From the NCBI GenBank assembly GCA_043798165.1, contig JAZDOY010000034.1, positions 17,778 to 81,777 on the forward strand: a stretch of 64,000 nucleotides of DNA, read 5' to 3'. Origin of the DNA: a bacterium. Lineage in GTDB: Bacteria; Patescibacteriota; Microgenomatia; UBA1406; GWC2-37-13. The notes under the pieces were generated by a model. It was not told the origin of the DNA. It ran no database searches and saw only the letters and a list, made by a program, of their open reading frames with translations. The position numbers were made by a program, and so were the translations under genes. Positions 19,005 through 28,904 of the stretch are shown here, piece by piece. The first letter of the stretch is position 1. Every line of letters starts with the position of its first letter.

Positions 19005-19082
19005 ATATTCATTTTTCCCATTGACACATTTTGAATATGGTATACTTCTGCAAATAAAGACCTTTTTTTGTGAATGGTATAA

Positions 19083-19110
19083 TCCGCCAGGCAGGCGGGT
19101 TTTTATTTTT
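19083..19110 (+). terminator. rho-independent terminator of the pyr operon
   Basis: CCGCC-aggca-GGCGG followed by GTTTTTATTTTT. Confidence 0.65.
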
Positions 19111-19194
19111 GCATAAAATGTGTATTTTGATTTCAAGACAGGTGTAGAACATGGTTTTTTGTGTTTTTATTTGAGATATACGGCTGTATCAAAT

Positions 19195-20070
19195 ATGACC
19201 AACGAAGCGTTACGACAAATTGCAGTGACTCCTCAAATTCCTCATGAATTAAATCCGTTTAGGCCAAGCCCCACCACATTGAAACGGCCAAAATTTATAA
19301 CGAATGGGTCAAAGGGAAAAGCTCCTTACCTACAGGCAATTGGCATCGATATTTGTATAACTGATGGGGAAATTAAAGCGGCTACTGATAGGGCAGAAGA
19401 TAAATATCATGCGCGGCACGGAGACTCAATAATCGGTCCCTATATGACCGATAAAGGAATCCCGTATCCGCTTGTATTGGCTTCTGAAAAAATGAAAGCT
19501 GCCGTGGGTGTTATGCAAAAAAACGCGGACCCTACTCAAGTTAATAATGAATGTCACAGCTCATTTATCACTCATGATGCATGCTACATGTTAAGGTTTG
19601 ATGGCCATGAAGGAGACGAGATAACTATACACAAACCTAAAACTCCCCAGGATATTGAGCGAATAGCAAAACTACTATACTGGGCCAGTACTACACAGAA
19701 GGCACACCTCTATTCTACAGCCGGAACGGTACGGTACGATAGAAACACAAATACCACCGAATTGTACTCAAGTGTGGCGGATCTTGGTATAGTTCAATCA
19801 TTTGATATGGCTCAATTAGTGAAAAATCTTGAAAAAAATCCAGAAATAGCATTAGGCACAATTACCTATAATATAACGGGATTTCTTGTCAAAGAAAAGA
19901 ACACAATCCCTGTAACTGTAACACGATATACTGGAGTAAACCCCGGTACAGACCCCGCTATTTTTGAACCAAATTGGGAAGCAAGACCGGGACAAACCGC
20001 AACTGCGGAGTTTTCTGCTGATACCCCAGAAAACATACAACTCGCCGCATGTGGGCTCATTCACTATTAA
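19195..20070 (+). CDS. hypothetical protein (orphan)
   Basis: The ORF is long and clean. The start was moved to MTNEAL (19195) because the track start overlaps the pyr terminator. No motif was recognised. Confidence 0.5.
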   Translation: MTNEALRQIAVTPQIPHELNPFRPSPTTLKRPKFITNGSKGKAPYLQAIGIDICITDGEIKAATDRAEDKYHARHGDSIIGPYMTDKGIPYPLVLASEKMKAAVGVMQKNADPTQVNNECHSSFITHDACYMLRFDGHEGDEITIHKPKTPQDIERIAKLLYWASTTQKAHLYSTAGTVRYDRNTNTTELYSSVADLGIVQSFDMAQLVKNLEKNPEIALGTITYNITGFLVKEKNTIPVTVTRYTGVNPGTDPAIFEPNWEARPGQTATAEFSADTPENIQLAACGLIHY

Positions 20071-20076
20071 AGACAT

Positions 20077-21183
20077 TTATCTTACCAGGGATTTTACAAG
20101 AGCTAAAATCTTTTCGAATATTACTTCACGGGAAAGAAGTTTTCCGTTCTCTACACATTCAACCATTTTCCAATGTTTATGTTTTTTTGCCAACATAAGA
20201 TACATTTCTTCTGAATTTTTTTGATGATCGAGGCTTTTCTCCGCAATATCCTGTTCGACGCCTTTTTGGAGAGAGCGTTTTCTCATAAGTTCTGCCGCAT
20301 ATTGATAGGGGACATGAAGATATATGACGAGGTTTTCTTTAGGAATTTTATGCACTTTGTATTCCAGTTCATAAATCCACTTCAAAAATTCTCCCCGTTC
20401 CTTTTCTGTTTTGCATTTTGCAGCTTGATGGGCCATGTTGGATGTTGCATAGCGGTTAGCTACAATATAACCTCCTTGTGTTAAAAAATCATCCATTTCC
20501 CGCTTTACAGATGCACGGTCCAGGGCGTATGCAAGGGATGAAAGGTATGGAGATACCTCATCGATTTTTCCAAAATCACCTTTTAAAAATTTTGTTACCG
20601 TCTTACCATGAAACGATTTGTAATACTGAGGGAAGTCCATATATTTAACCGGCATTTTTTGTGATTTAAGGTATTTTACAAGAAGTTCTGCCTGAGTTGT
20701 TTTTCCGGATCCATCTCCTCCATCGATAACAATGAGTTTTCCTTTCCTTTTCTTGATTTTTTCGATATGTTTTATAAAATCACTGAGTTTATTATTGATA
20801 GAGTCTTCGTCATAAAATTCAATAAACAAATTTTCCGATGGATTACCTGCCACCATTGGCGAGATATGATCTTCAAACTTGGTATGTACGAGAGCTAATA
20901 CTGGTTTACCAAGGGAAAGCGCGTACACTATTTCTCCTCCCACTCCGTGGGATGGTTTAGACGTTTCCGCAATAACTAGGTCCGAATCTTCAATGCGTTT
21001 TTGCTGCCGGTCATAAATTTGTTTTGAAGTAAGCTCCTTGTCTTTACTAAGCATTTTTTTGGAAATGATCTGCTGCCCGGAGGTGAGTGTAACCGCATGA
21101 TGCTTGATAAGGTGAATGATGTGGGCGTAAAGCGGAACCAAATCCCCGTTTCCCGAGGTTGATGCAGTAAAATACATTTTCAT
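20077..21183 (-). CDS. fusion protein: DNPH1/nucleoside 2-deoxyribosyltransferase-like N-domain + thymidylate kinase-like C-domain
   Basis: The N-terminal part (MYFTASTSG ... DSDLVIAETSKPSHGVGGEIVYALSLGKPVLAL) parallels the Rcl/DNPH1 pattern YFCGSIRGG ... ADVVVAEVTQPSLGVGYELG. The C-terminal part has the Tmk P-loop IVIDGGDGSGKTTQ, LDRAS and ANRYATSNMAHQ. Confidence 0.7.
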   Translation of the reverse strand: MKMYFTASTSGNGDLVPLYAHIIHLIKHHAVTLTSGQQIISKKMLSKDKELTSKQIYDRQQKRIEDSDLVIAETSKPSHGVGGEIVYALSLGKPVLALVHTKFEDHISPMVAGNPSENLFIEFYDEDSINNKLSDFIKHIEKIKKRKGKLIVIDGGDGSGKTTQAELLVKYLKSQKMPVKYMDFPQYYKSFHGKTVTKFLKGDFGKIDEVSPYLSSLAYALDRASVKREMDDFLTQGGYIVANRYATSNMAHQAAKCKTEKERGEFLKWIYELEYKVHKIPKENLVIYLHVPYQYAAELMRKRSLQKGVEQDIAEKSLDHQKNSEEMYLMLAKKHKHWKMVECVENGKLLSREVIFEKILALVKSLVR

Positions 21184-21202
21184 TGAAGCATTATACCGTA
21201 AA

Positions 21203-23530
21203 CTAAAGAGTTATTACAGCTCCTTCTGAAATCTTTTTTTCTAGCAGGAGTGTGGCTATTTTGTCTTCAATTTCTTGGGTGATGACGTGTTCCAGATTGC
21301 GGGCGCCGAAAGCAGGGTTGTAGTGTTTTTTTATTATCGCAATTAATGTCTCATCCTTTACTGCTATATGAATTTTATACAAGGAATAGATCATGTTATG
21401 AACCGATGTTGTCATCCTTTTTGCCAAATGAAGGAGTGTGTTGTCCGAAATGGGATTGTACACTACCACACCATCAAAACGATTTAAAAATTCGGGAGAA
21501 TACAATTTATTTTTTATGAGATAGTCAATAAACCCGTCATTATATGCAGGTGTTTGAGGGAGGGGGGCGGTCTCATTTGGGGGTGATTGGTCTTCGCTTG
21601 TGATGACATGGTCTATTTTTTTCAGCAATTGATTTTGCTTGTATATGTAATCTGCCCCCGCATTGGATGTTCCAATAATAATCAAATTTTTGCAATCTAC
21701 CCGTTTACCAAATCCGTCTGTAAAATATCCCTCATCTATCACCGTGAGAAATACATTAATAAGATCCGGATGAGCCTTTTCCAACTCGTCAAGCAACAAA
21801 ACCGCATAGGGTTGTTCACGAATGGCTTTTGAAAGGAGGCCTGGAAGGCCCGATTCAAGTGATCCGATGAGCGATTTAATATCTTCTTTTGATTGGTAGA
21901 GCGACATATCAAAACGAGTCAAGTATGATTCGCTTCCAAAGAATATGGTTGACAGAGCTTTTGCTGTTTCAGTTTTTCCTACACCCGTTGGTCCCAGGAA
22001 AAGAAATGTGGCAAGTGGTTTTTTTCGTTTCCCCAGAAGTATAAATGATCTGCGAATAGCAGCAGAAAGCCTCGTAATCGCTTCTGTTTGGAACACAACT
22101 CTCTCCTCAAGAAGATGTTCAAGTGACAGGAGTTTGTTTCGCATCTCATCTGTAAGACGTGTGGGAATGTGGGTTTTTTCGGTGAGGACAGTGTCAACCC
22201 ATTCAGGAAGAATGGTTGTTTTTTGTGATGGGGAACTTTTTTGTGCCTGTGTATATGCATGGGCTGCTGTTTGATCAAGTAGTTCTATTGCCTTTTCTGG
22301 GAAGGGGATGGAGGTAATGTAAAACTCGCTCTTTTCCACAACAGTTTGACCCGTCTCAAAGGGAATAACCAGAGTGTATTTTGATTCAAATTGAGGGATT
22401 ATATGGAGAATGGTCGATAACGCTTCGTCTTTTGAAATTTCTTTTACATCTATTCGTGTAAAAAGACGATTCATTTTTTCATTCGAAAAAATAAATCGTT
22501 GATAAAAAAATGGAGTGGTAATTCCCACAAACTGTATCGTGCTTTCTCGGCCATATTTTTCCAGAGAACTCGTCAAATCAATACGTCCTTCTCCACCTGC
22601 ACAATATCTATCGATGTTTTCAATTAAGAGAATAACGCGTTCTGCTTGCACTGCCTCTCCCAGTAAATCTTCAAAGAATTGTTCACGCTGCTTTGCATCC
22701 GTATAGATGGTAAGAATTTTTTCCATGTTCAATTTAAGGATACGGTTATATGCTAATTGTTTGCCCGTTTGACCTTCATAAATAAGACGCGCCAATGCAT
22801 CAACTACAGTACGTTTTCCTACCCCCTCTTCACCAACAAGAATAATGTTTGCTTCCTGGGATTTACTGAGGACTTCTTGCATCTCCCTCAACTCATTTTT
22901 TCTTCCCACAACATGCCGCGGAGAAGACTGGTATGATGAACTTGTGAGATCTTCCACATAAGAATCAAGTGTTGGTGTATATCCAACCGCCCAATCTCTC
23001 GCAAGGGGAGGGTAGGAAAATAACACCTTTTTATCCCACCACTTCCTTTCCCTCATTTGTCTTTGCCACAATTCTTCAAACCACTCTGTAACTGCACTGT
23101 TATTTTCTGGTTTGAGGCAATGAGAAGCCAAAAACAACTTTTTTTCTTTGTCTTTTATCTCTACATCTGTCGGTCTGAGTGAATACAATCCAATTTGGAC
23201 AGGAAGAATAATGCAGATAAATAAAATAGTTATAATAGGAAGAGATATAACATATCCGACTTCAAAAATAATACAAAAGGAAATAAGAGAAAGCCGCATG
23301 GACGCTCCAATGAAGGAAGACATAAGGTTGAGAAAAAGGCGATTGAAGTATTCTGAAAAAGAAAACCCCCTCGTTTCTTTTTTTACGACAATATGTTTCC
23401 AAGGATAAAAAAGCGTTTGAAGAAGAGGAGTAAAGGAAAAGAAATAGGGAAAGAATAAAATGAGCGCAGAAATAGCCTCAATATAGTCTCTTATGTACTG
23501 TCTCGCCTGCTGCCGTATGTCTTTTTTCAT
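21203..23530 (-). CDS. membrane-anchored double AAA+ ATPase (ClpA/ClpB-like)
   Basis: There are about 130 aa of N-terminal TM helices. D1 Walker A is GEEGVGKRT and D2 Walker A is GPTGVGKTETAKAL, with LLLDELEKAH as Walker B. No ClpB middle domain is evident. Confidence 0.8.
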   Translation of the reverse strand: MKKDIRQQARQYIRDYIEAISALILFFPYFFSFTPLLQTLFYPWKHIVVKKETRGFSFSEYFNRLFLNLMSSFIGASMRLSLISFCIIFEVGYVISLPIITILFICIILPVQIGLYSLRPTDVEIKDKEKKLFLASHCLKPENNSAVTEWFEELWQRQMRERKWWDKKVLFSYPPLARDWAVGYTPTLDSYVEDLTSSSYQSSPRHVVGRKNELREMQEVLSKSQEANIILVGEEGVGKRTVVDALARLIYEGQTGKQLAYNRILKLNMEKILTIYTDAKQREQFFEDLLGEAVQAERVILLIENIDRYCAGGEGRIDLTSSLEKYGRESTIQFVGITTPFFYQRFIFSNEKMNRLFTRIDVKEISKDEALSTILHIIPQFESKYTLVIPFETGQTVVEKSEFYITSIPFPEKAIELLDQTAAHAYTQAQKSSPSQKTTILPEWVDTVLTEKTHIPTRLTDEMRNKLLSLEHLLEERVVFQTEAITRLSAAIRRSFILLGKRKKPLATFLFLGPTGVGKTETAKALSTIFFGSESYLTRFDMSLYQSKEDIKSLIGSLESGLPGLLSKAIREQPYAVLLLDELEKAHPDLINVFLTVIDEGYFTDGFGKRVDCKNLIIIGTSNAGADYIYKQNQLLKKIDHVITSEDQSPPNETAPLPQTPAYNDGFIDYLIKNKLYSPEFLNRFDGVVVYNPISDNTLLHLAKRMTTSVHNMIYSLYKIHIAVKDETLIAIIKKHYNPAFGARNLEHVITQEIEDKIATLLLEKKISEGAVITL

Positions 23531-23588
23531 GTGATTTTATAGGAATATATTCATTATGAAAGAAACAAGCCAAAGAAGCAAGGAGAAT

Positions 23589-24320
23589 TTAAAAAAAAGG
23601 AATGATAAGATCAGTAAAAAATGCCTCAACAATCTTATCTTTAACTTCTTGTTTCAATTTTGCTGGTATCTCAGGAGTGAAACATCTGGAACTTATGCCC
23701 TGACTTATGGCCCATGACTCGAATGGGCCATTTTCTTTCTCTCTTTTTTTATGCCGAGTAGTTGCATACCCGTCAGTAAATTTGTATCCCAAGATGGGGT
23801 CATTTGGGTCGTCTATACCATTAAATAGGCCAACACCATTTTTTATCAACTTCTGTTTAAATTTTGTATATAAAGAAGAAATATCCCGGTTTTCATCATC
23901 AGCAAGTTCATCATACATATAAAACTCTCCGAATTCCCAGTCTTCATGAAAAGAAACAACAAGATCAAATTTATTTGACCCGATAATGCTTATCATTGCT
24001 TTTGATTCGTCAGTGGTGCCGTTTACAATAAATCCTCGATTAACATCCTGTCCCATCTTATTATTTCTGGTTTTTTTTTCAACCGCGCTTGGTGTAACAA
24101 TGGGGACAAAAATAAAACTTGGTAAATTTTTAAGATTCAATTTTATAGACTTGCACACAGACGATATTATTTTATATTCGTCTCCATGCATTCCAGAAGA
24201 GATAAATAATCGGGGATTATTACCATAGACAAAATATTCCAGTGTAGCCTGTCTATGGACGGACACTAAAGAACCAACAGACTGGGAACGAAGTAAATTG
24301 AGAGAATAAAAATCTACCAT
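23589..24320 (-). CDS. M14-family zinc carboxypeptidase/amidase-like protein (MpaA-sized)
   Basis: Has the zinc motif SGMHGDEY (HxxE), the substrate motif DVNRGF and a distal His in SFHED. 243 aa. Confidence 0.7.
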   Translation of the reverse strand: MVDFYSLNLLRSQSVGSLVSVHRQATLEYFVYGNNPRLFISSGMHGDEYKIISSVCKSIKLNLKNLPSFIFVPIVTPSAVEKKTRNNKMGQDVNRGFIVNGTTDESKAMISIIGSNKFDLVVSFHEDWEFGEFYMYDELADDENRDISSLYTKFKQKLIKNGVGLFNGIDDPNDPILGYKFTDGYATTRHKKREKENGPFESWAISQGISSRCFTPEIPAKLKQEVKDKIVEAFFTDLIIPFF

Positions 24321-24334
24321 AATTGGGGACGTGT

Positions 24335-24405
24335 GGACCCGGAGGGATTTGAACCCCCAACATCTTCGATGTAAACGAAGCGCTCTACCGTTGAGCTACG
24401 AGTCC
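24335..24405 (-). tRNA. tRNA-Val (anticodon UAC)
   Basis: The reverse complement reads GGACTCG-TA-GCTC-AACGGTA-GAGC-G-CTTCG-TTTACAT-CGAAG-ATGT-GGGGG-TTCAAAT-CCCTC-CGGGTCC-A. Confidence 0.9.
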
Positions 24406-24445
24406 TGATGGGCCCTCCTTCGCTAAAGCTACGGCGGGGCACAGG

Positions 24446-24517
24446 TGGGCGTGGAAAGAATCGAACTTTCGCTCTGTTCTTTATCAGAGAACTGTTTTAC
24501 CATTAAACTACGCGCCC
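24446..24517 (-). tRNA. tRNA-Ile (anticodon GAU)
   Basis: In the reverse complement, the acceptor is GGGCGCG/CACGCCC with one C-A mismatch. The anticodon stem is GTTCT/AGAAC with loop CTGATAA. The T arm is GAAAG-TTCGATT-CTTTC. Confidence 0.88.
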
Positions 24518-24626
24518 TTACCCGTTACCAGCAAAGACAAGTCAAATTATATCAGACCAAGGCCATGTTCGTAAACATTAATTTCCATTAAGCAGGTAGT
24601 AATCGAACAGTAACAGGTAGTTAGTT

Positions 24627-26042
24627 TTAATCTTTAATTGTCCCTTTTAAAGTAGTATCGATGATCTTTCGTAATTCTTGGATGTGTTTTCTTGTTTTTG
24701 CAATAAGAACAACGACAAGAATATGTACGTTTAACATATCCGGATTAGCAAATATAATTCCTGAGTGTTTTTCATGGGAGTAGAGATGATCAGCAAAAAG
24801 AGAAAGACATTTTTGATAGGTGATGGTATGATTTTTTTTAAGAATGATATCTTCAATAAGAGTGTGGTAACTACTGCCATATTGTTCACCAAGAAGCGCA
24901 AGACAAAGCTCATGAAGGTGGGTCCCCCCATTTCTTCTGAGGTTTGCCTCCACTGCATAGATTTCATTATGTTTGCTTCGAATTAAATCAATATCAAACA
25001 CACCTCTATACCCATATTCAGCAAGCTTTTTTCCAAATGTTACGCCCGCATCAAACGTTTTTTTTATTGCGAGATCTGTCATGAGCTCCGGGTATACATA
25101 TATACCGCGGTATGTACACTTATCATTTGCCATAATTTGGTCACACGCGTATGACCCGGACACTTCTCCTTTTGGATTAATATATATTTCAAGACTGGGG
25201 GAGATGCTTTCCGCCTTTTCATTTGCAGGAATCATTTTTTCTATAATGATGATGGGCTCGTTCCACATGTTGTCCTTCAATAAATTCCTCATATATGCGT
25301 CAAACCTTTTTTTGTCATCGGGGAGCATCATGTGATCGACGAGTATTATTCCAATACCCTGCACCCCAGAGTTATATTTAATCACAAACGATTCCCCATG
25401 TTGTTTAAACCACCACGCCGCGTCAATTAACTCCTTTTTATTTTGAGTAATAAACCCCTCCGGGATTTGTACATAGGGAGGGTTATCTGCCTGTGATATG
25501 TGCCATAAATGACGAAACCCCCGCTTTGTATTGAAATAATTAAGAATAAATTGTTTATTTTCTGGTATTGTTTCAGGCGTTTTAAAATGAAGTTCTTTTG
25601 TCTGTAAAAAATGTATTAATTTTTGAAATTGAGGAGTATAACGGTAGGGAATAAGAGATACTCCCGGATTATTCTTAATTACTCGTATGATTTCATTGCG
25701 TAAACTTTTATTGATCCTACAATCTTCTGAGATCGAGTGAGATGGTTTATTGGGACATATATTGAACACATTCTTCCACCCCATAAGAGTTTTTATGTGT
25801 TTAAAATGCGGTCTATGTATGGGGGATGAAGTGATAATAATTTTGTTATCCTTTCCGTAAAGAAGTGCACGGTTGCTGTCTAGCGTATCGTACTTTTTCC
25901 AAAAATCACACTCTTCCTTAGACTTAAGAGAATCATAGCTTTTATAATATCCTTCTAAAATATTAGAGATATAAACTGTTTCTATGTTCTTTTTTGTATT
26001 GGGGGGCTCATCTTCGGACGCATTTTTTTCGTTTTTTTTCAT
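24627..26042 (-). CDS. ATP-grasp ligase paralog 1 (PGM1-like peptide-ligase type, tentative)
   Basis: Has FVIKYNSGVQGIGI (ATP Lys plus Gly loop), the hinge IIIEKMI, and GYRGVFDIDLI...YAVEANLRRNGGTH (the D/E-x-N Mg triad). Confidence 0.7.
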   Translation of the reverse strand: MKKNEKNASEDEPPNTKKNIETVYISNILEGYYKSYDSLKSKEECDFWKKYDTLDSNRALLYGKDNKIIITSSPIHRPHFKHIKTLMGWKNVFNICPNKPSHSISEDCRINKSLRNEIIRVIKNNPGVSLIPYRYTPQFQKLIHFLQTKELHFKTPETIPENKQFILNYFNTKRGFRHLWHISQADNPPYVQIPEGFITQNKKELIDAAWWFKQHGESFVIKYNSGVQGIGIILVDHMMLPDDKKRFDAYMRNLLKDNMWNEPIIIIEKMIPANEKAESISPSLEIYINPKGEVSGSYACDQIMANDKCTYRGIYVYPELMTDLAIKKTFDAGVTFGKKLAEYGYRGVFDIDLIRSKHNEIYAVEANLRRNGGTHLHELCLALLGEQYGSSYHTLIEDIILKKNHTITYQKCLSLFADHLYSHEKHSGIIFANPDMLNVHILVVVLIAKTRKHIQELRKIIDTTLKGTIKD

Positions 26043-26058
26043 GTGTATCAGAACATTA

Positions 26059-27405
26059 TTACTGATTATTTCTATTTGTCAATATCTTTTTTATTATTTT
26101 GTGTAAAGAAAGGGTTTTTTTCTTGTTTTTTTCCACAAGAATATAGGAAAATCCTCCATTCTTAATTACCGACTCAGAATTTATAATAAGACCGGTTTTT
26201 GTTTTTTTACTAAATAAATAAGGGATAAAAAGTTGTTTAATAGCAGAAAATGAAGGTGTAAGCCGGGCGGGCAGATCCATATAGCTACTCAACACATATC
26301 TTTGAGAAAAAAAATATTTTCCAACAATCTTTTTAACCATATAATAAGTATCGGTTCCTCCTGTTGTACGCGTGTTTGATTCGTTTGCATATATTTTTTT
26401 TCCATCGTTGATCATATCGATATCAAACCGCCCTCGATATCCCGCATTTCTATATGTTTTAGCGATCTTCATAGTGATGGCTATTACATCTTTTTTTACT
26501 TTTTTTGTGAATACATCGCGGTGCATTTCCATGCCATAGAATTCGCCCTCTGGAGTTACGATCATGTTGCAATAGTAGGGAAGCTCAATTTTCCCATTTT
26601 GATGAATAAAACATTCTATGCTGGGGTAGGGACTCTTTTTTTCTTTACTGGTATTAATATACGTTTCTAAAATGAGCGGATGTTTTTTAAGATAGGTTTC
26701 TTTATCAAATACTCTTTGTAATTCTATTCGAAGTCTTTCTTTGGTTTTTATTTTATTTTTTCTAAATATATGAACGCCTTGTCCTGCGTTACCTTTATCT
26801 GTTTTGAGAACAATACCGGGTGAAGTTCCAAAAAGAAAAAGGGCATTTTTTTGTGCAGCTTTATAATCGAGCTCAATGCTTCCTGTGGGCATAAGAGGAG
26901 CAAATGATGCACGAAAACCACTTTTGCTCCCGTAATGTGCCACCGTCCACAGATCTTTTTCTGCCGGTGCTTCGGGGATAAAAACAACTACTCCCGCTTT
27001 TTCAAACCTTTTTTTAAGGTCAAATACTTTTTGAGTCATTGCGTATGCATAGAGCGTTAATGATCCTGCTTTTATTGCTCCAGAGAGGATAACTGAAAAT
27101 ATATCTTCGTCATAAGCGATATTGTCGCACATGAAGGGTGTTATTGCCTTTGGGGTTAAGACGGTACACTGAGTGCCGCTCAGTTTTTCAAAATATTCTT
27201 TGAAAGTAAGACCGATACTGATTGGAGAAATAAGGGTAAAAGAAGAAAGAAAAGTATTGACAAATAAAGAACAATCTGCAAACCGATTTGAATCATGAAT
27301 TAATTGCTTTTGATCACTTTTTTTAAACGAAGAAATAAAATCCCACTCGTCTTCAATCGAATTATAAATATAGACAGAAAATGTACCGATTCTTTTTTTA
27401 CTCAT
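26059..27405 (-). CDS. ATP-grasp ligase paralog 2
   Basis: Has IVLKTDKGNAGQGVHIF, the hinge LILETYI, and GYRGRFDIDMI...YANESNTRTTGGTD. The N-terminal motif VYIYNSIEDEWDFIS is shared with paralog 3. Confidence 0.7.
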   Translation of the reverse strand: MSKKRIGTFSVYIYNSIEDEWDFISSFKKSDQKQLIHDSNRFADCSLFVNTFLSSFTLISPISIGLTFKEYFEKLSGTQCTVLTPKAITPFMCDNIAYDEDIFSVILSGAIKAGSLTLYAYAMTQKVFDLKKRFEKAGVVVFIPEAPAEKDLWTVAHYGSKSGFRASFAPLMPTGSIELDYKAAQKNALFLFGTSPGIVLKTDKGNAGQGVHIFRKNKIKTKERLRIELQRVFDKETYLKKHPLILETYINTSKEKKSPYPSIECFIHQNGKIELPYYCNMIVTPEGEFYGMEMHRDVFTKKVKKDVIAITMKIAKTYRNAGYRGRFDIDMINDGKKIYANESNTRTTGGTDTYYMVKKIVGKYFFSQRYVLSSYMDLPARLTPSFSAIKQLFIPYLFSKKTKTGLIINSESVIKNGGFSYILVEKNKKKTLSLHKIIKKILTNRNNQ

Positions 27406-28840
27406 TTTGAAGGAGGCGTTTCATCTCTGTTTCTATTTGATACGCTCTTTTTTTGGTATTTCCAAAAATATTATAAATAAGCTCTCCTTGCTTGATGATA
27501 TTTTCTGATGTGATCATGACCCCCTCCTTTGTTTTTTTATTATAAAGAATCGGTTCTAGGATTTTTTCTATTTTAAAGAAAGTGGGGCGCGAAATACTAG
27601 ATAATTTATATTTTGTTCTGCTAATAACATATGAATCTGAAAAGAAATCTTTACCAATAAGTTCGAGAGCCACCTTGAATACGTCAGTTCCACCGGTATT
27701 TCGCGTGTTTGATTCGTTTACAAATACCTGATTATATTTCGTAGCTATCATATCGATGTCAAAATGTCCACGATATCCTGCAGCAGCATAGCGTTCTGCA
27801 ATATAATACCCCGTGTCAATAATACGGGCAGCAAGTCGTTCACTTAACACATCTTCATGCATATCAATGCCATGAAACGCGCCCTCCTTTGTTACCAACA
27901 TAAGACAATAATAAAGCATGTCTATCTTTCCATTTTTATTTATTCTAAACTCAATGTTGGGAAAACTGCTTCCATTATTGACATCGACATTAATGAGGTC
28001 CTCAATGATAATTGGGTATCTATCCCAATAATCATTTTTATTGAGAATGGTATAAATAGCCTTCTCGCATTCTTTATATACCTTTGGTAAATCGCCGTTT
28101 CGAAATATCAAAACACCATTACCACTACTTCCTTTATTTGTTTTAATTACCACTCCATTATCATTAATATATCTATTTGCAGCAATTTTTGCGGCATCAA
28201 GTTTTCCGACACAAATTACTCCCTCCGGCATAATAAAATCTGGTTCAAGAGCAGTGCTTTGTTGGGCAAGCTGACGAATACCAGATTTACTTCCGTAAAA
28301 ATTTACGGTCCACGCGCAATCAACCTCAGGCGCTTCTGGAGTAACCACATTGATTTTTCTCTCTTTCAGTTTTTCTTTTAAATCAAGGAACTGTGGGGAA
28401 GTTGCATAACTAACGAGGGTAACCCTCTTATATTTTCTCGCTTTTTTTAAAAATCTATTAAACAAAACTTTGTCATTGTAAAAATCTTTACAAATAAGAT
28501 GACAGCCAACTTTTGGAACCAGAATATCAATTTTTGTTGCACCAACTAATCGTTGAAAATATTTTTTGAATTCTGAAGAAATTGGCTTTGGTGAGATATA
28601 AGTAAATTCATTTTCGTCTGCATTTGCAAATAAATAACACTCCGCAGAACTATTACAACCTTCAATTTCTTTTTTTCGTTCTTCTTTATCTGAAATAGTT
28701 GTGATAAATGACCACTCATCCTCAACAACATTATAGATGTATACTACGAGTTCATTGTGGTTTTTTTTCCTCTTCAAGTTTCTTATTCTGGACGCAAGCT
28801 GTCCATTCATTTTTGAAGTGTCAATATTTTCCTCTTTCAT
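27398..28840 (-). CDS. ATP-grasp ligase paralog 3
   Basis: Has VVIKTNKGSSGNGVLIF, the hinge IIIEDLI, and GYRGHFDIDMI...FVNESNTRNTGGTD. It overlaps the next paralog by 8 nt. Confidence 0.7.
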   Translation of the reverse strand: MKEENIDTSKMNGQLASRIRNLKRKKNHNELVVYIYNVVEDEWSFITTISDKEERKKEIEGCNSSAECYLFANADENEFTYISPKPISSEFKKYFQRLVGATKIDILVPKVGCHLICKDFYNDKVLFNRFLKKARKYKRVTLVSYATSPQFLDLKEKLKERKINVVTPEAPEVDCAWTVNFYGSKSGIRQLAQQSTALEPDFIMPEGVICVGKLDAAKIAANRYINDNGVVIKTNKGSSGNGVLIFRNGDLPKVYKECEKAIYTILNKNDYWDRYPIIIEDLINVDVNNGSSFPNIEFRINKNGKIDMLYYCLMLVTKEGAFHGIDMHEDVLSERLAARIIDTGYYIAERYAAAGYRGHFDIDMIATKYNQVFVNESNTRNTGGTDVFKVALELIGKDFFSDSYVISRTKYKLSSISRPTFFKIEKILEPILYNKKTKEGVMITSENIIKQGELIYNIFGNTKKRAYQIETEMKRLLQNE

Positions 28841-28852
28841 TTTTATATAGGT

Positions 28853-28882
28853 ACATTATGATTATTTTCCTCCATTTGTCAA
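28853..28882 (-). promoter_or_regulatory. candidate sigma70-type promoter of the ATP-grasp operon
   Basis: The minus strand reads TTGACA, an 18-nt spacer, then TAATGT. The -10 ends 12 nt before the ATG at 28840. Confidence 0.4.
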
Positions 28883-28904
28883 TAGTAATATTTTTATTCA
28901 CCCC

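Noticed and set aside
24406-24445. The GC-rich spacer between tRNA-Val and tRNA-Ile, considered as a copy of the hairpin unit seen in the tRNA-Leu insert.
   Set aside because: There is only a loose resemblance (GCGAAGGAGGGC against CCGAAGGGGGC). No convincing alignment or stem can be drawn.
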